Virus record (IMG/VR): IMGVR_UViG_3300019458_000016
Coordinates: 1-40,370 of that record
Origin: a virus
Strand: one strand, 5' to 3'
Length of the DNA stretch: 40,370 nucleotides
Below the pieces are notes generated by a model. The model was given only the letters and a program-made list of their open reading frames with translations. It made no database searches and was not told the DNA's origin. Below, one piece after another: positions 8,459-18,417 of this stretch (position 1 is its first letter; each line of letters opens with the position of its first letter). The position numbers and the translations under genes are program-made.

Positions 8459-9159
8459 TGGCTGTAAGGATAGCCAAAACTAAGATTATTCAGATTGCTC
8501 AAGAGAATGTTGGTAGAGGCTCTGAATTAAATACTATTTGTGACGATAGGTTAAATCTTATTGTTAGTCAGTTATATGAAGTATATAAATGGCCGACTAA
8601 TCGTAAATCTGGTTCAGTTACACTTTCTGATAAGACTTGGACAGTTCCTACTGACTATTTAAAAGCAAATTTTCTGATGGTACAAAATCCTAATTCTGAT
8701 CCAATAACATTTTTTGAAGTACCGATAATAAATTATGATGATTATAAATTAGGGATTATTCCAAATAGCACTGGTAGACCACAAAGAGCCAGTGTGTTAA
8801 GAATAGTCGATACTACAGGTACTATTACATTAGCTGGTTATGTATATCCTAAACCAGATCAAAGTTATAATGCAACTTTAGAATATACAGCAATTCAAAC
8901 TTATGATGTAGCTGATGGAGATGCACCTGCATTTTTAGATTTACAAAGTTTGGTTGATCTTTTGGCAAATCAGTTAAGAGGAATGGGTTATGGTACAGAA
9001 TTAGGTACTCCATACGATCCTTTTCTATTAGAAAAAGTAGTTCGTAGGATGCGTAGTAATATGGAAGATGACGGAATTTATCCTAAGAGAGCCAGGTTGG
9101 ATAGACGAATTTTTAGAACAGGCATATATCGTGGAAGATTTTGGGGGAATTTTAGATGA
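8458..9159 (+). CDS. Virion structural protein (possibly adaptor or tail-tubular-A-like)
   Basis: 233 aa, translationally coupled, downstream of the capsid gene and upstream of a 585-aa ORF. The function is guessed from gene order only. Confidence 0.4.
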   Translation: MAVRIAKTKIIQIAQENVGRGSELNTICDDRLNLIVSQLYEVYKWPTNRKSGSVTLSDKTWTVPTDYLKANFLMVQNPNSDPITFFEVPIINYDDYKLGIIPNSTGRPQRASVLRIVDTTGTITLAGYVYPKPDQSYNATLEYTAIQTYDVADGDAPAFLDLQSLVDLLANQLRGMGYGTELGTPYDPFLLEKVVRRMRSNMEDDGIYPKRARLDRRIFRTGIYRGRFWGNFR

Positions 9160-9356
9160 TAGAAACTATATTTACATCAGGTATATTAATTGGCCTAATT
9201 ACAGGTTCATACGCATATACTTACAATAGCAATAAAAATAAAGCTAGTAAAGAAGATATTAAAGATTTACGGGATAGAGTCAATATTCTCTATAATCATT
9301 TGCTTAATAAAAATATAGATGAAGAATTAGAAAAGACAAATGGGGATAAAGATTAA
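9156..9356 (+). CDS. Small membrane-anchored protein (66 aa)
   Basis: N-terminal hydrophobic helix IFTSGILIGLITGSYAY followed by a charged tail. It overlaps both neighbours by 4 nt and 1 nt. Confidence 0.6.
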   Translation: MIETIFTSGILIGLITGSYAYTYNSNKNKASKEDIKDLRDRVNILYNHLLNKNIDEELEKTNGDKD

Positions 9357-11113
9357 TGGAAAGAGTAATTAAATCCCTTACTGGCGGTTTAAACCTTCTA
9401 GTTCATAGCACACAACTTAATGAAGATCAACTACAAGTTTTAGAGAATATGGAAGTTAGACCCACGTCTGTAGGAGACAATCTTACTTATCTTGCCTTGA
9501 CTGCTAGATTTAGTTATAAGAGACTTAATTCTTCCGATCTTAGTCTTGCGCCTGCTAATTTAATTGAATTTGTTCAACGAAATAGTGGTGTAGGAATAAC
9601 TACTTTCACTGGTGCTGGACTTAATGACGGGACATTTTCTGGTACTTATACTGGCAGTACAGTTTTATCTACTTATGAAGTAGAAATAGATAGCTCTGTT
9701 GCATCACCAGATACTTTTAAATGGCGTAAAGATGCAGGATCATATACAACAGGCGTATCTATTACCGCAGGAGTAGCACAAACATTAGCAGAAGGAGTAA
9801 AAATTACATTTGCTGCTGCTGATGGGCATACTTTAGGAAATAAATGGACAGTTAATGTGTCTCCATCAGGTACTAAATGGCTTGTAACAGGTGGATGGGA
9901 TGGATCAGCTAATTTTGTAGTTAAAGCATTACGGGACGGTCAAACATCACCAATAACAGTTAAATCTCAAGTTTCAAGCAATACGGCTATTTGTTCTTTT
10001 ATGATTTTTAATGATCAACTTTATTATACTAATGGAGCCTTAGCTTGGCGTAAATGGAATGGATTAGACGATGTGGCTAGTACATATACTACTATTACTA
10101 AGTATGCTATTCAACATAAAAATAAAGCTATTTATTTAAATGATGTAACAAATAATATTCCTAATAAAATATGGATTAGTAATACAGGAACACCTGAAAC
10201 TGTCTCTGCTAGTAATGGTTTTCTAATTGGTGATTATTCTGATGCTATTGTATTAGGTATTGATCAAAGAGAAAGAATAGTCATTGGTAAAGAAAAAAGT
10301 ATGTGGTTATTTGCTTTAGCTCCGACTATCACAGATTCTACATTATTGAAAGGAGAACAATTTAAAGGCACAATCAGTCCATTGGGGTCTATGTATGCTT
10401 CTGCTGGTACATTTATTTATGGAGATAGAACAGGCATACAAACCTTATCTGGTCTCTATATGGAACCAGTAGTTTTACAACTTATAAATCAATTAAGAGG
10501 ATTTAATAATTCCAAAGCTGCATTGTCATTTAAAGATGAGCAATTATTAATAAGCACATTATCTGATTCTGGACAAACTAGAAATAATAGAATATATTTA
10601 ATTGATTTGATAGATGAAACTCAAAAAGTGTGGCAATATAATTTATCTATTGGTTGTTTTTGTCAAAATATCGGTAGTTTGACTTTTGGCAAAAGATTAA
10701 AAGCAATGGAAGATGATGGGACTAATAGATATTTTATTGAATTAGATGAAGTATCAAGTCCACAAGAAACTAATATTTCGTGTGTTGCTCAAACTAAAGA
10801 CTGGATGGATTTAGAAAATGATAGAATTCCTAGATTACAAAAAGTAAAACATGTTATTGTTGATTTTATAGCTCCTAATACTTCTAATGCTTTAACTCTT
10901 AAAATTTATGGAGATGGGAGTTTAAAAGAAACTTTACCATTTACACCTTCTTCTACAGGGTTTAATAGACATATGTTCAAACCACGTTTAGATTTAAGTC
11001 GTGGATACCGTATAAGTTATCGTTTTGAATATACACAACCTGGATCAGATGCAACCAGGTTCTCAATTTTAAATTATAGTGATGAGATTATAGTAGAAAC
11101 GAGGGTAGAATAA
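9356..11113 (+). CDS. Large virion structural protein (possibly tail-tubular-B or nozzle-like)
   Basis: 585 aa and beta-rich, in the tail-gene position. The function is inferred from order and size only. Confidence 0.4.
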   Translation: MERVIKSLTGGLNLLVHSTQLNEDQLQVLENMEVRPTSVGDNLTYLALTARFSYKRLNSSDLSLAPANLIEFVQRNSGVGITTFTGAGLNDGTFSGTYTGSTVLSTYEVEIDSSVASPDTFKWRKDAGSYTTGVSITAGVAQTLAEGVKITFAAADGHTLGNKWTVNVSPSGTKWLVTGGWDGSANFVVKALRDGQTSPITVKSQVSSNTAICSFMIFNDQLYYTNGALAWRKWNGLDDVASTYTTITKYAIQHKNKAIYLNDVTNNIPNKIWISNTGTPETVSASNGFLIGDYSDAIVLGIDQRERIVIGKEKSMWLFALAPTITDSTLLKGEQFKGTISPLGSMYASAGTFIYGDRTGIQTLSGLYMEPVVLQLINQLRGFNNSKAALSFKDEQLLISTLSDSGQTRNNRIYLIDLIDETQKVWQYNLSIGCFCQNIGSLTFGKRLKAMEDDGTNRYFIELDEVSSPQETNISCVAQTKDWMDLENDRIPRLQKVKHVIVDFIAPNTSNALTLKIYGDGSLKETLPFTPSSTGFNRHMFKPRLDLSRGYRISYRFEYTQPGSDATRFSILNYSDEIIVETRVE

Positions 11114-12195
11114 TGAAAGGCTATGATTTTTCCAGAAAGGGGGCCACGCCAGATAGAAAAGATAAACAATGGGATTGGATTAATGAAGAACTTGAAAGGA
11201 TATGGGATGCTTTATATAACCATAGGTTTCAATATCCTAATCAAGTTGAGGGACAAGATTTATTATTAACTTTACCTCATCCAGAAAATAAATTATTTGG
11301 ATTAATTGTTCCTACATCTCCTGCTACCGCTGGTGGAGGCATGAATGGTTCTGGATTAATTGATGCTGTAAATTTAATTGGTGGAGTTACTACTAATCAA
11401 AGTTATGTAGAAGGAATGTATGGAGCAGCACAAACAGCAACAACAGCAGGTTCAACTGTTGGATGGAGAGCAGGACAAGGAGGTGGTGGAACTGTTGCTA
11501 ATCCTAATTTATTAAGATTTTCTCAAAATCCATATTTTTTAGCTATTATAAAAACAGGATCAACTTTAACTGGGTCGAGGGTTTTTTGTGGTTTTGCTAA
11601 TAGAAATGCTGCTTATAATAATACTGCTTCTGGTCATGATGAATCAATAGGTAGTAATGTAGCAGAATCTTTATGGTTTGGATGGTCAGATGATGGAACC
11701 ACTCCTTATTGGAGATTACATCATTCTAAATCTGGTAGTACAGGATCATTTTTTATAAGTAAAGATAGAGATACAGGAACAGGAACAAATCATTTATCAA
11801 CTGTAACTGCTAATACAATTTATATGTTAAGAATGTGGGTTTTATCCGATGCTTTTTTAAATGATGCTGATAACGTGCCATTTTCAGGAGTTTTAATAGT
11901 AGAAACTTCTATTCTTACTCCAAGAAATGATGCAATTACAGGAGTATATCCTAATGTTATTTACCCATTTACAAGAACAGATGTTCAAAGTTGGCAACAA
12001 ATTTTACAAGATGACAGCGGCAATTTAATAGATGTTTCACAATCAGCAGGAGTAGGATGTCAGACAATTCATATTGCAGCAGCAGGGTCTGCTAATCAAA
12101 TTTATTTAAATAGAATATATGTAGAACAATCTAATTTTCCATTAATTTATGGAAGCAATCCATCGGCAATATTTGGTAGTGCATATTATTTATAA
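11113..12195 (+). CDS. Virion structural protein (possibly a tail or fibre component)
   Basis: 360 aa, rich in G/S/T/N, coupled to the upstream gene (TAATG). Confidence 0.4.
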   Translation: MKGYDFSRKGATPDRKDKQWDWINEELERIWDALYNHRFQYPNQVEGQDLLLTLPHPENKLFGLIVPTSPATAGGGMNGSGLIDAVNLIGGVTTNQSYVEGMYGAAQTATTAGSTVGWRAGQGGGGTVANPNLLRFSQNPYFLAIIKTGSTLTGSRVFCGFANRNAAYNNTASGHDESIGSNVAESLWFGWSDDGTTPYWRLHHSKSGSTGSFFISKDRDTGTGTNHLSTVTANTIYMLRMWVLSDAFLNDADNVPFSGVLIVETSILTPRNDAITGVYPNVIYPFTRTDVQSWQQILQDDSGNLIDVSQSAGVGCQTIHIAAAGSANQIYLNRIYVEQSNFPLIYGSNPSAIFGSAYYL

Positions 12196-12204
12196 GGAGA
12201 TAAA

Positions 12205-12615
12205 ATGATACTTCGTAAACCAACATTTGAAGATATGTATAAAACACTATTTTTATTTAGTGAGGACGAAGAAGAAAGAAAACAGATATTATCAGAATGG
12301 ATAAATCAGTCTAATAATAATCCTCAATTTTTTTCCTGGGTTATTGTAAAAGAAAAGGATGTAGTAGCGGCTGTAACAGGATGGTACAATATGGAATCTG
12401 GTATTGGACATATGGGCAGAATAGAGGGGAAGGAACTATTAAAACAAAAATTATTCAATAAAATACTTAAAGAATTTGATCCTGAAAAAGTAACTATTAG
12501 TTTAGAAAAATTAGATAATTTCGCTGATCAATTTAAAGTTGACTCTTATAATTTATCTTGGATAAAAACAATAGAGGATATAGAAATTGAAGATATATCA
12601 GGCGAAGAAAATTGA
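12205..12615 (+). CDS. GNAT-like protein (weak similarity)
   Basis: The N-terminus MILRKPTFEDMYKTLF and the strand pair WVIVKEKDVVAAVTGW resemble the start of a GNAT fold. The acetyl-CoA motif A is not clear. Confidence 0.35.
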   Translation: MILRKPTFEDMYKTLFLFSEDEEERKQILSEWINQSNNNPQFFSWVIVKEKDVVAAVTGWYNMESGIGHMGRIEGKELLKQKLFNKILKEFDPEKVTISLEKLDNFADQFKVDSYNLSWIKTIEDIEIEDISGEEN

Positions 12616-13030
12616 AACAATTAAAGAAATTGGAGAGATACTTCATGCTCAGTTGGAACCAGAAATAGGGCAAGATTTGGAATATGTTGTAGAAGATTTT
12701 ATACATTTTTGGAAAGATAATAAAGAAGGTATAATCTATGTAATGAAAGATGGGGAGGAATTTTTAGGAACAATAGGGGGTTTTCCTATTTCTAATGTTT
12801 ACAATAAAAAAGATAAACAAGTATTGATAAGTTTCTTTTATGTTCTCCCTATACATAGAAATAAAAAAAGTAAAGTTAGTCTGAAACTATATAATTTATT
12901 TGAAAAGTGGTGTGTAAATAGAAAAATAATAGCTGCTAGTTCAACTAAGACAGCTAAAAATTTCTATAGAAAAAGAGGTTTTAAAGAAATAGAAACAACA
13001 TGGTTGAAAGGGTTGAATAAAAATGTCTAA
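12587..13030 (+). CDS. GNAT-family N-acetyltransferase (putative)
   Basis: TTG start after AGAGGA. ...FLGTIGGFPIS...ISFFYVLPIHRNKKSKVSLKLYNLFEKW...AKNFYRKRGFKEIE matches the GNAT beta4-alpha3 and C-terminal (F)Y.k.GF pattern. Confidence 0.6.
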   Translation: MKIYQAKKIETIKEIGEILHAQLEPEIGQDLEYVVEDFIHFWKDNKEGIIYVMKDGEEFLGTIGGFPISNVYNKKDKQVLISFFYVLPIHRNKKSKVSLKLYNLFEKWCVNRKIIAASSTKTAKNFYRKRGFKEIETTWLKGLNKNV

Positions 13031-13802
13031 AGTAGGGAAAGTTTTAAAAAAAGCCGCACCTGTATTAGGCGGTATTGGGGGATTTATGCTTGGCGGCCCT
13101 GCTGGTGCAGCTTTAGGTGCAGGATTAGGTACTGGTGCTGCAAGGGGTTTTAAAGGTACAGGTATTGGTACTAGAATGTTAAAAGGCGGTTTAGCAGGAT
13201 TTGGTGCAGGAACAGGACTAGCAGGATTGGGCGGATTAATGGGAGGAACTTTAGGAACATCATTAAGTAGTGGCGGTGCTTTAGGTTTGCCTTTTGGCAA
13301 TCCTTTAGGAACTTTATTTGGTGGGGGACTTTCTAATGCTGGTTTAGCTGCCAAAGGATTAGGATCATTCGGAAGCACGTTTGGTGGAGGTGGTGGAGGC
13401 AATATGTTAAGCACCTTGCTTGGACAAGGAGGATTAATGGGAACAGGTGGTTTACCTGGAATTGCTTCTATGGTATTAGGCACTCAAGGGCAAAGTCAGG
13501 CTTTGGGTCGTTTAGGACAATTACAAGATATGCAATTATCCTCTATTGGTGAGGCAAGAAACTTAGCTGGTCTATCCCCAGAAGCAAGAAAATCATTAAT
13601 GAATCAATATAGGGAACAGCTTAGGGCAGGACAAGCTGAAAGAGGAATTTATCAATCAGATGTTTCTGCTGCACAAGAAGCTGAATTAATGCCTATGATT
13701 GAACAACGATTGAGAGATCAGCAAGTACAACAGTTACTAGGAATTAGTGGGGCATATAATCCATTAATTCAATCACAAGCACAATTAGCCGGAATGTATT
13801 AA
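13023..13802 (+). CDS. Glycine-rich (glycine-zipper-like) internal virion or ejection protein (putative)
   Basis: About 150 aa of G/L/A repeats (GGIGGFMLGGPAGAALGAGLGTGAA...) followed by a Q-rich helical C-terminus. It sits just before two further large non-enzymatic ORFs. Confidence 0.5.
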   Translation: MSKVGKVLKKAAPVLGGIGGFMLGGPAGAALGAGLGTGAARGFKGTGIGTRMLKGGLAGFGAGTGLAGLGGLMGGTLGTSLSSGGALGLPFGNPLGTLFGGGLSNAGLAAKGLGSFGSTFGGGGGGNMLSTLLGQGGLMGTGGLPGIASMVLGTQGQSQALGRLGQLQDMQLSSIGEARNLAGLSPEARKSLMNQYREQLRAGQAERGIYQSDVSAAQEAELMPMIEQRLRDQQVQQLLGISGAYNPLIQSQAQLAGMY

Positions 13803-13819
13803 TAAGGGGGAATAAGTAA

Positions 13820-14734
13820 ATGGTTGCGCCTTTTTTGGTTCGTGCACTACAACAACGTGCTGCTGAAAATACTCAGTTATATATGCAAGATAGACAAATG
13901 CAGCAGCAGATGGAAATGCAGGAAAAAGTGAATCAATTAGCTCTAGAATCCAGAAAGAAACAAATGGAAATGGAAAAGGAAGCCGAATCTACATATAATA
14001 AAGAATATGGTAAAAGTATATTTGAAAATGCTTATTTACTCCCTGGCGATAATAAGGTGAGAGATCGTGCTAGATTTATGGGACAGATGATGATGGAAAC
14101 CGGTATGTCTCCTGAAATTATTGCTCCATTTATTAAACCTGGAATATCAGAAGAATTGGGGCAAGCTAAATTAGAATTAGAAAAACAGAAGGTAATACAG
14201 GCAGGACAAAGAATAAAACAATCTGAACGTAGAATGGATATCTCAGAGGGAGCGCAAGCACTAGCTAAACAGAGATTTAAGTTATCAGAAAAAATATATG
14301 GTGAAAAAGCACCTGAATCTGTTAAATCTGCTCTTATGAGTTACAGAAAACTTATTGATCTTGCTGCTCAGGACGTATCACAAGGTAGACAATCTGATAT
14401 GTCTGATGCTTTACAACAATATCAAGGAGAAATTGACACACATTCTGCTATTATTAATCAATGGGCAGATGAATTAGGATTCCCTACTGTACCGACAATA
14501 GAAGAAGAAACAGAGAACCCCGGTCTTATCAAATCATTTTTAATGAAATATGCTAATGTTCCAGCGGCAAAGAAAACTAAGTTAGGGACTAAAAATACAG
14601 CACAGAAACCTGTTGCCAATACAGTACAAAAAACTTGGAAAGAAAGAGCATCTCAATTAAGACAGGAAAATTCAAAAATAACACCACAAGAAATTGTTAA
14701 GAAACTTAAAGAGGAAGGGATTAAGATAGAGTAA
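13820..14734 (+). CDS. Q/M/E-rich coiled-coil internal virion protein (putative)
   Basis: 304 aa, SD AAGGGGGA upstream, low-complexity helical sequence. The role is assigned by position. Confidence 0.45.
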   Translation: MVAPFLVRALQQRAAENTQLYMQDRQMQQQMEMQEKVNQLALESRKKQMEMEKEAESTYNKEYGKSIFENAYLLPGDNKVRDRARFMGQMMMETGMSPEIIAPFIKPGISEELGQAKLELEKQKVIQAGQRIKQSERRMDISEGAQALAKQRFKLSEKIYGEKAPESVKSALMSYRKLIDLAAQDVSQGRQSDMSDALQQYQGEIDTHSAIINQWADELGFPTVPTIEEETENPGLIKSFLMKYANVPAAKKTKLGTKNTAQKPVANTVQKTWKERASQLRQENSKITPQEIVKKLKEEGIKIE

Positions 14735-17700
14735 TGCCAATTCCAAGGCCAAGTGAATTAGCAAAAGTAATTAAATATTTAAAAGAATTTGGAGAAGTTG
14801 GAATAACACAACAAACTCCCCAATTAGGTACAAAATTTGAAATTGCTAAAGCCACATTCGATCCCGAATCTGTAAAATATGGTGTTCGTACGCCATATTG
14901 GATTGATTCTAATACTGGAAATACTATTACTAAATTAGAACCAGGGCAAATGCACGCAGATATTTCTGCTGATAATTTTGCCAAAGTTAGTAAAGTTAAA
15001 AATCCCTTGAGAGTTTCAGAATATGATGATTTTGTTACATGGGAACCAGAAGATATATATTCTGCTACTCCTAAACAAGCTGAAAATATTGTCGAACAAT
15101 TACAAAAAAAATTTAATAAACCTATTGTAGTGCCTAGAGATCCTCAATATGGCAAATATGCAGGACAAGTATATGCTATTGCGCCTACCGGCCTGGCCGT
15201 ATCTGCTGATGATGATTTTCTTAATCAAGTTAAAGAAGCATCTGATCAAGATGAATTTTTAGTACAGGTTTATCTTGAATCTATTCAAGCAGATAATCCT
15301 ACCAATAATTTACCTGCCACTGTTCAGTCTGAAACCAAACTAGCTGATGAAGCCCATGATCAATCTATGTTGGATAAATGGGATAAAGTTAAAGAAGAAT
15401 TTTTTAATGATCCAGAATTAAAATATTATCCTGGTCTGGAAGCTATTGCTAAAGTAGCTGATATTTTTGATCCAGTTACATCTTTTAATAAATTAAAGAA
15501 GTGGGAATATTTTGATGAATTAAAAACTAAACAGCCAGCTGATTCAAAAGATATAAAAGCATATGCTAAAGAACGGTTAGATTATTGGCTTTCTGGATTA
15601 AATGCAGTTGGAGATATAGGCAATTTATTTTTGGTTGGTCAGTTAATTAAATTTACAGGTGAAGCTACAAAAATATCTAAAATATTTAAACATACTTCTT
15701 CTCCTAATAAAGTTATTATTCCTAATGAAACTCAAGCTGTTATGCAACAGGCTGATGCAATTAATATTGCTAAAGCTGATGAGATTAGAAACACTGTATT
15801 GGAGCCTACTGCATATCCACGAGAAGGAACAGTTCTTAAACCTATTGTTACTAGAGAACAACAATTACTTGAATTAGATGTAAAAGATTTAAATGTAGTT
15901 GAATTAACTCAATATGGTAAAACCCAAGTTATTCCTACTACAGAAATTAAAGATATTAAAAAACAAATTACTAAAAAGAATAGACTTGATACACCTGAGA
16001 ATCCTAATCCTACTGTATTTGAAAAAGTTAAACAAATTGAAGCTAAATATCCTGATCCATTTAAACAAACACCGCACCCTACTGTACAAGCTGCTGAGGA
16101 ATTAGATACTAGACTAAGTGCATTACAAAATTATGATGATTTAGGAGAAGTAGGGGCTAAAACACCCTTTATGAAAGGAAAATCAAGAAATTTAACTGAC
16201 ACTGAAAAGAGTTTTTCTGCATTTGTAAATACAGCATTAGCCAGGATAAACAATCCTTATTCAGAAGAAATACTACAACGTATGTATCAGTTTTCTGATG
16301 ATGCAGAACGTATGACTACTAGATATGCAGCACCATTAACAGAAAATATTTTAAGTAAACTGAGCCATAAAGAATGGAAAAATTATGTCGATGTATTAAC
16401 TGACCGATATAATATGACCCACCCCAATGAAAAATTTAGAACATTAGTTACTGGAATTAAACCTATTAATGATAAAGTGACTAAAGCTATTAATGAAACT
16501 TTTAGTAAAACTAAAGAAATATTCGAGATAGCTAAAAAGGAAGGTATTCCAGTAGCAGAAGAAGCCAGAGAATTTTTTCCTATGCAACCTGTATCTGAAA
16601 TACATGATGAAAAATGGTTAGACAAACTTGCCAAATATCTAGTAGATACTAAACAAGAAACCAATATTAATACAGCTAAATCATTGCTACAACAAAGATA
16701 TGCTCTTAAATATGTAGATCGTCAATATGCAGGTATTGAGAAACCTAGAGAATTTACTGTCAGAGGATATGATGATCTAAAAGCAAATGGCTATAATGTA
16801 GATCGTAATGCGTGGGAAAATTATTTTGATAAAGTCTCTCATAGACTTAGTGAAGTCAAACAATGGGGCAGGAACGGAGAAAAATTTGAATTTTTAAGAC
16901 AAAGACTTGCTACTACTCATCCTAATGAAGCACAGATAGCAGAAAGAGCATGGCGTAGATTAACTCATAGGGATCAGATTAATGTATATGCGAAGAAATG
17001 GGCAGATAGGGCAGTTAATTTTACTTATATGACATTTGGAGCGAAGATTGCTCTTATGCAGATTGCTTCAATTCCTTCTACTTTTGCCAGATTTGGATAT
17101 TTCAGATCATTGTTACAGATTCCTAAAACTTTAAAATCTAGTGCTTTTGCTGCTCAAAAGTTAGGCATGACTGAAAGGGAATTTATTCATGATACAGGAA
17201 CCATTTATACTAATTTTGTTAATGAAGCTAGGACTGTAATGTCCAGGACTAATAGATTGTCAGATAAATATACTCGATTTACAGGTATCAGTAAAATGGA
17301 TGAAATTACTAGAATCCATGCTACTTGGTCGGCCAAGAGCTATCTTGATAGAGGATTAAAACAATTACGAGCAGGAAAAGCTGAAAAGTATTGGGAACGT
17401 GCTTTAAGAGAAGTGTTTGTAGACATTAAAAAATTAAAGGCAAATGGTTATAAATTAGATAATGATCAATATATGTCTATCATTAAACGCATGACTGATT
17501 CAACTATTGGTAGAACCAGGACATTTGAATTGCCTATATGGGCATCTAGTCCTTATGCTAATACAGTTATTCTATTTAAAAAGTTTGCTGCTTTTCATAC
17601 AAAATTTATGAAAGATCAAATATTAAAACATCCTGAACGCTGGTTGCCGATGATGGTAGCACAATATCCGATAGGGGCAGGTATAGCTGAGATTAGAAGC

Positions 17701-18060
17701 AAATGGACACAAAGAGAAAGACCAAAAGGATTAATGTATCATATTGATAATCTGTCTATGGTTCAGGCTATGGGTTTATTAGGGGATTTTATTCTACAGG
17801 CAGATAAAGGCAGAGATATGTTAATGCGTACTGTTGCAGGGCCAGTGGTGGGTAATTTGGTAGATTGGGGTGCTATTAATACTCAAACTATACGAAAATT
17901 AATGGCAGGTGATCCTAAACCGTTTAAACAGTTTAATAATAAGTTTATAGATCAATGGATTGCCCCAGTACCTTTTATTGGGCCATATTTACAAACTGAA
18001 TTAAAAGATGTTTTATATCCAGAAATGAAAATTAAACGTAGACAAACTTTAAGAAGGTAA
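14734..18060 (+). CDS. Very large (1108 aa) internal virion or DNA-ejection protein (putative)
   Basis: It is the largest ORF, coupled to the upstream gene (TAATG), and is the last big gene of the virion arm, analogous in position to T7 gp16-type core proteins. No lysozyme motif seen. Confidence 0.45.
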   Translation: MPIPRPSELAKVIKYLKEFGEVGITQQTPQLGTKFEIAKATFDPESVKYGVRTPYWIDSNTGNTITKLEPGQMHADISADNFAKVSKVKNPLRVSEYDDFVTWEPEDIYSATPKQAENIVEQLQKKFNKPIVVPRDPQYGKYAGQVYAIAPTGLAVSADDDFLNQVKEASDQDEFLVQVYLESIQADNPTNNLPATVQSETKLADEAHDQSMLDKWDKVKEEFFNDPELKYYPGLEAIAKVADIFDPVTSFNKLKKWEYFDELKTKQPADSKDIKAYAKERLDYWLSGLNAVGDIGNLFLVGQLIKFTGEATKISKIFKHTSSPNKVIIPNETQAVMQQADAINIAKADEIRNTVLEPTAYPREGTVLKPIVTREQQLLELDVKDLNVVELTQYGKTQVIPTTEIKDIKKQITKKNRLDTPENPNPTVFEKVKQIEAKYPDPFKQTPHPTVQAAEELDTRLSALQNYDDLGEVGAKTPFMKGKSRNLTDTEKSFSAFVNTALARINNPYSEEILQRMYQFSDDAERMTTRYAAPLTENILSKLSHKEWKNYVDVLTDRYNMTHPNEKFRTLVTGIKPINDKVTKAINETFSKTKEIFEIAKKEGIPVAEEAREFFPMQPVSEIHDEKWLDKLAKYLVDTKQETNINTAKSLLQQRYALKYVDRQYAGIEKPREFTVRGYDDLKANGYNVDRNAWENYFDKVSHRLSEVKQWGRNGEKFEFLRQRLATTHPNEAQIAERAWRRLTHRDQINVYAKKWADRAVNFTYMTFGAKIALMQIASIPSTFARFGYFRSLLQIPKTLKSSAFAAQKLGMTEREFIHDTGTIYTNFVNEARTVMSRTNRLSDKYTRFTGISKMDEITRIHATWSAKSYLDRGLKQLRAGKAEKYWERALREVFVDIKKLKANGYKLDNDQYMSIIKRMTDSTIGRTRTFELPIWASSPYANTVILFKKFAAFHTKFMKDQILKHPERWLPMMVAQYPIGAGIAEIRSKWTQRERPKGLMYHIDNLSMVQAMGLLGDFILQADKGRDMLMRTVAGPVVGNLVDWGAINTQTIRKLMAGDPKPFKQFNNKFIDQWIAPVPFIGPYLQTELKDVLYPEMKIKRRQTLRR

Positions 18061-18073
18061 ATGGTGATAATAT

Positions 18074-18265
18074 TTGAAACATAAATGGACAGTATTAAAA
18101 GTTATATGGAATTTGGCTTTAATGAGTATGTTGGTTTGGATCAGTTTTCAAAATGATCTTCAAACCAGACTAATGGAATTTGGATTTACTATTACTACAG
18201 ATAATCAAGTTATTATAGAGCAACGGATTATAGACCATAATAAGTGTATACAAGAGAGAATATAG
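18074..18265 (+). CDS. Small membrane protein (63 aa), uncertain
   Basis: TTG start with no clear SD. Hydrophobic segment VIWNLALMSMLVWISF. It is the last ORF before the convergence point. Confidence 0.35.
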   Translation: MKHKWTVLKVIWNLALMSMLVWISFQNDLQTRLMEFGFTITTDNQVIIEQRIIDHNKCIQERI

Positions 18266-18389
18266 TATATTTCGAGTGTAGAAACCATGCTGTAGAAGTG
18301 AACTACTACACTTAAAATGTACTAGTTATTGATTAGAAATAAGGCTATTAAATAGTCTAAGTCATATCTTACCCTTACTTTTACTATTT

Positions 18390-18417
18390 AGGGGCTCCTA
18401 GAGGCAGCTAGGCCCCT
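18390..18417. terminator. Hairpin at the convergence of the two arms (putative bidirectional terminator)
   Basis: AGGGGCTCCTAG-aggcag-CTAGGCCCCT forms a 9-10 bp GC-rich stem with a 2-nt bulge. It has TTT on one side and AAA on the other. It lies 30 nt beyond the last minus-strand stop and 125 nt beyond the last plus-strand stop. Confidence 0.55.

Noticed and set aside
12543-12577. TTGACT-17/18-(A)TAAAA promoter-like string upstream of the second GNAT ORF
   Set aside because: The -10 candidate lacks the conserved T at position 6 (and T1 in one register), and the string lies inside coding sequence. It does not share the flanks of the P1-P4 family.
12941-13483. 180-aa proline-rich minus-strand ORF
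   Set aside because: It is the mirror image of the glycine-rich gene (GGN codons read as NCC on the other strand). It runs against the operon direction.
15643-16664. Several 60-93-aa ORFs on both strands inside the 1108-aa gene
   Set aside because: All are nested in a long continuous ORF. Their L/I/K/N-rich translations are typical of AT-rich off-frames.
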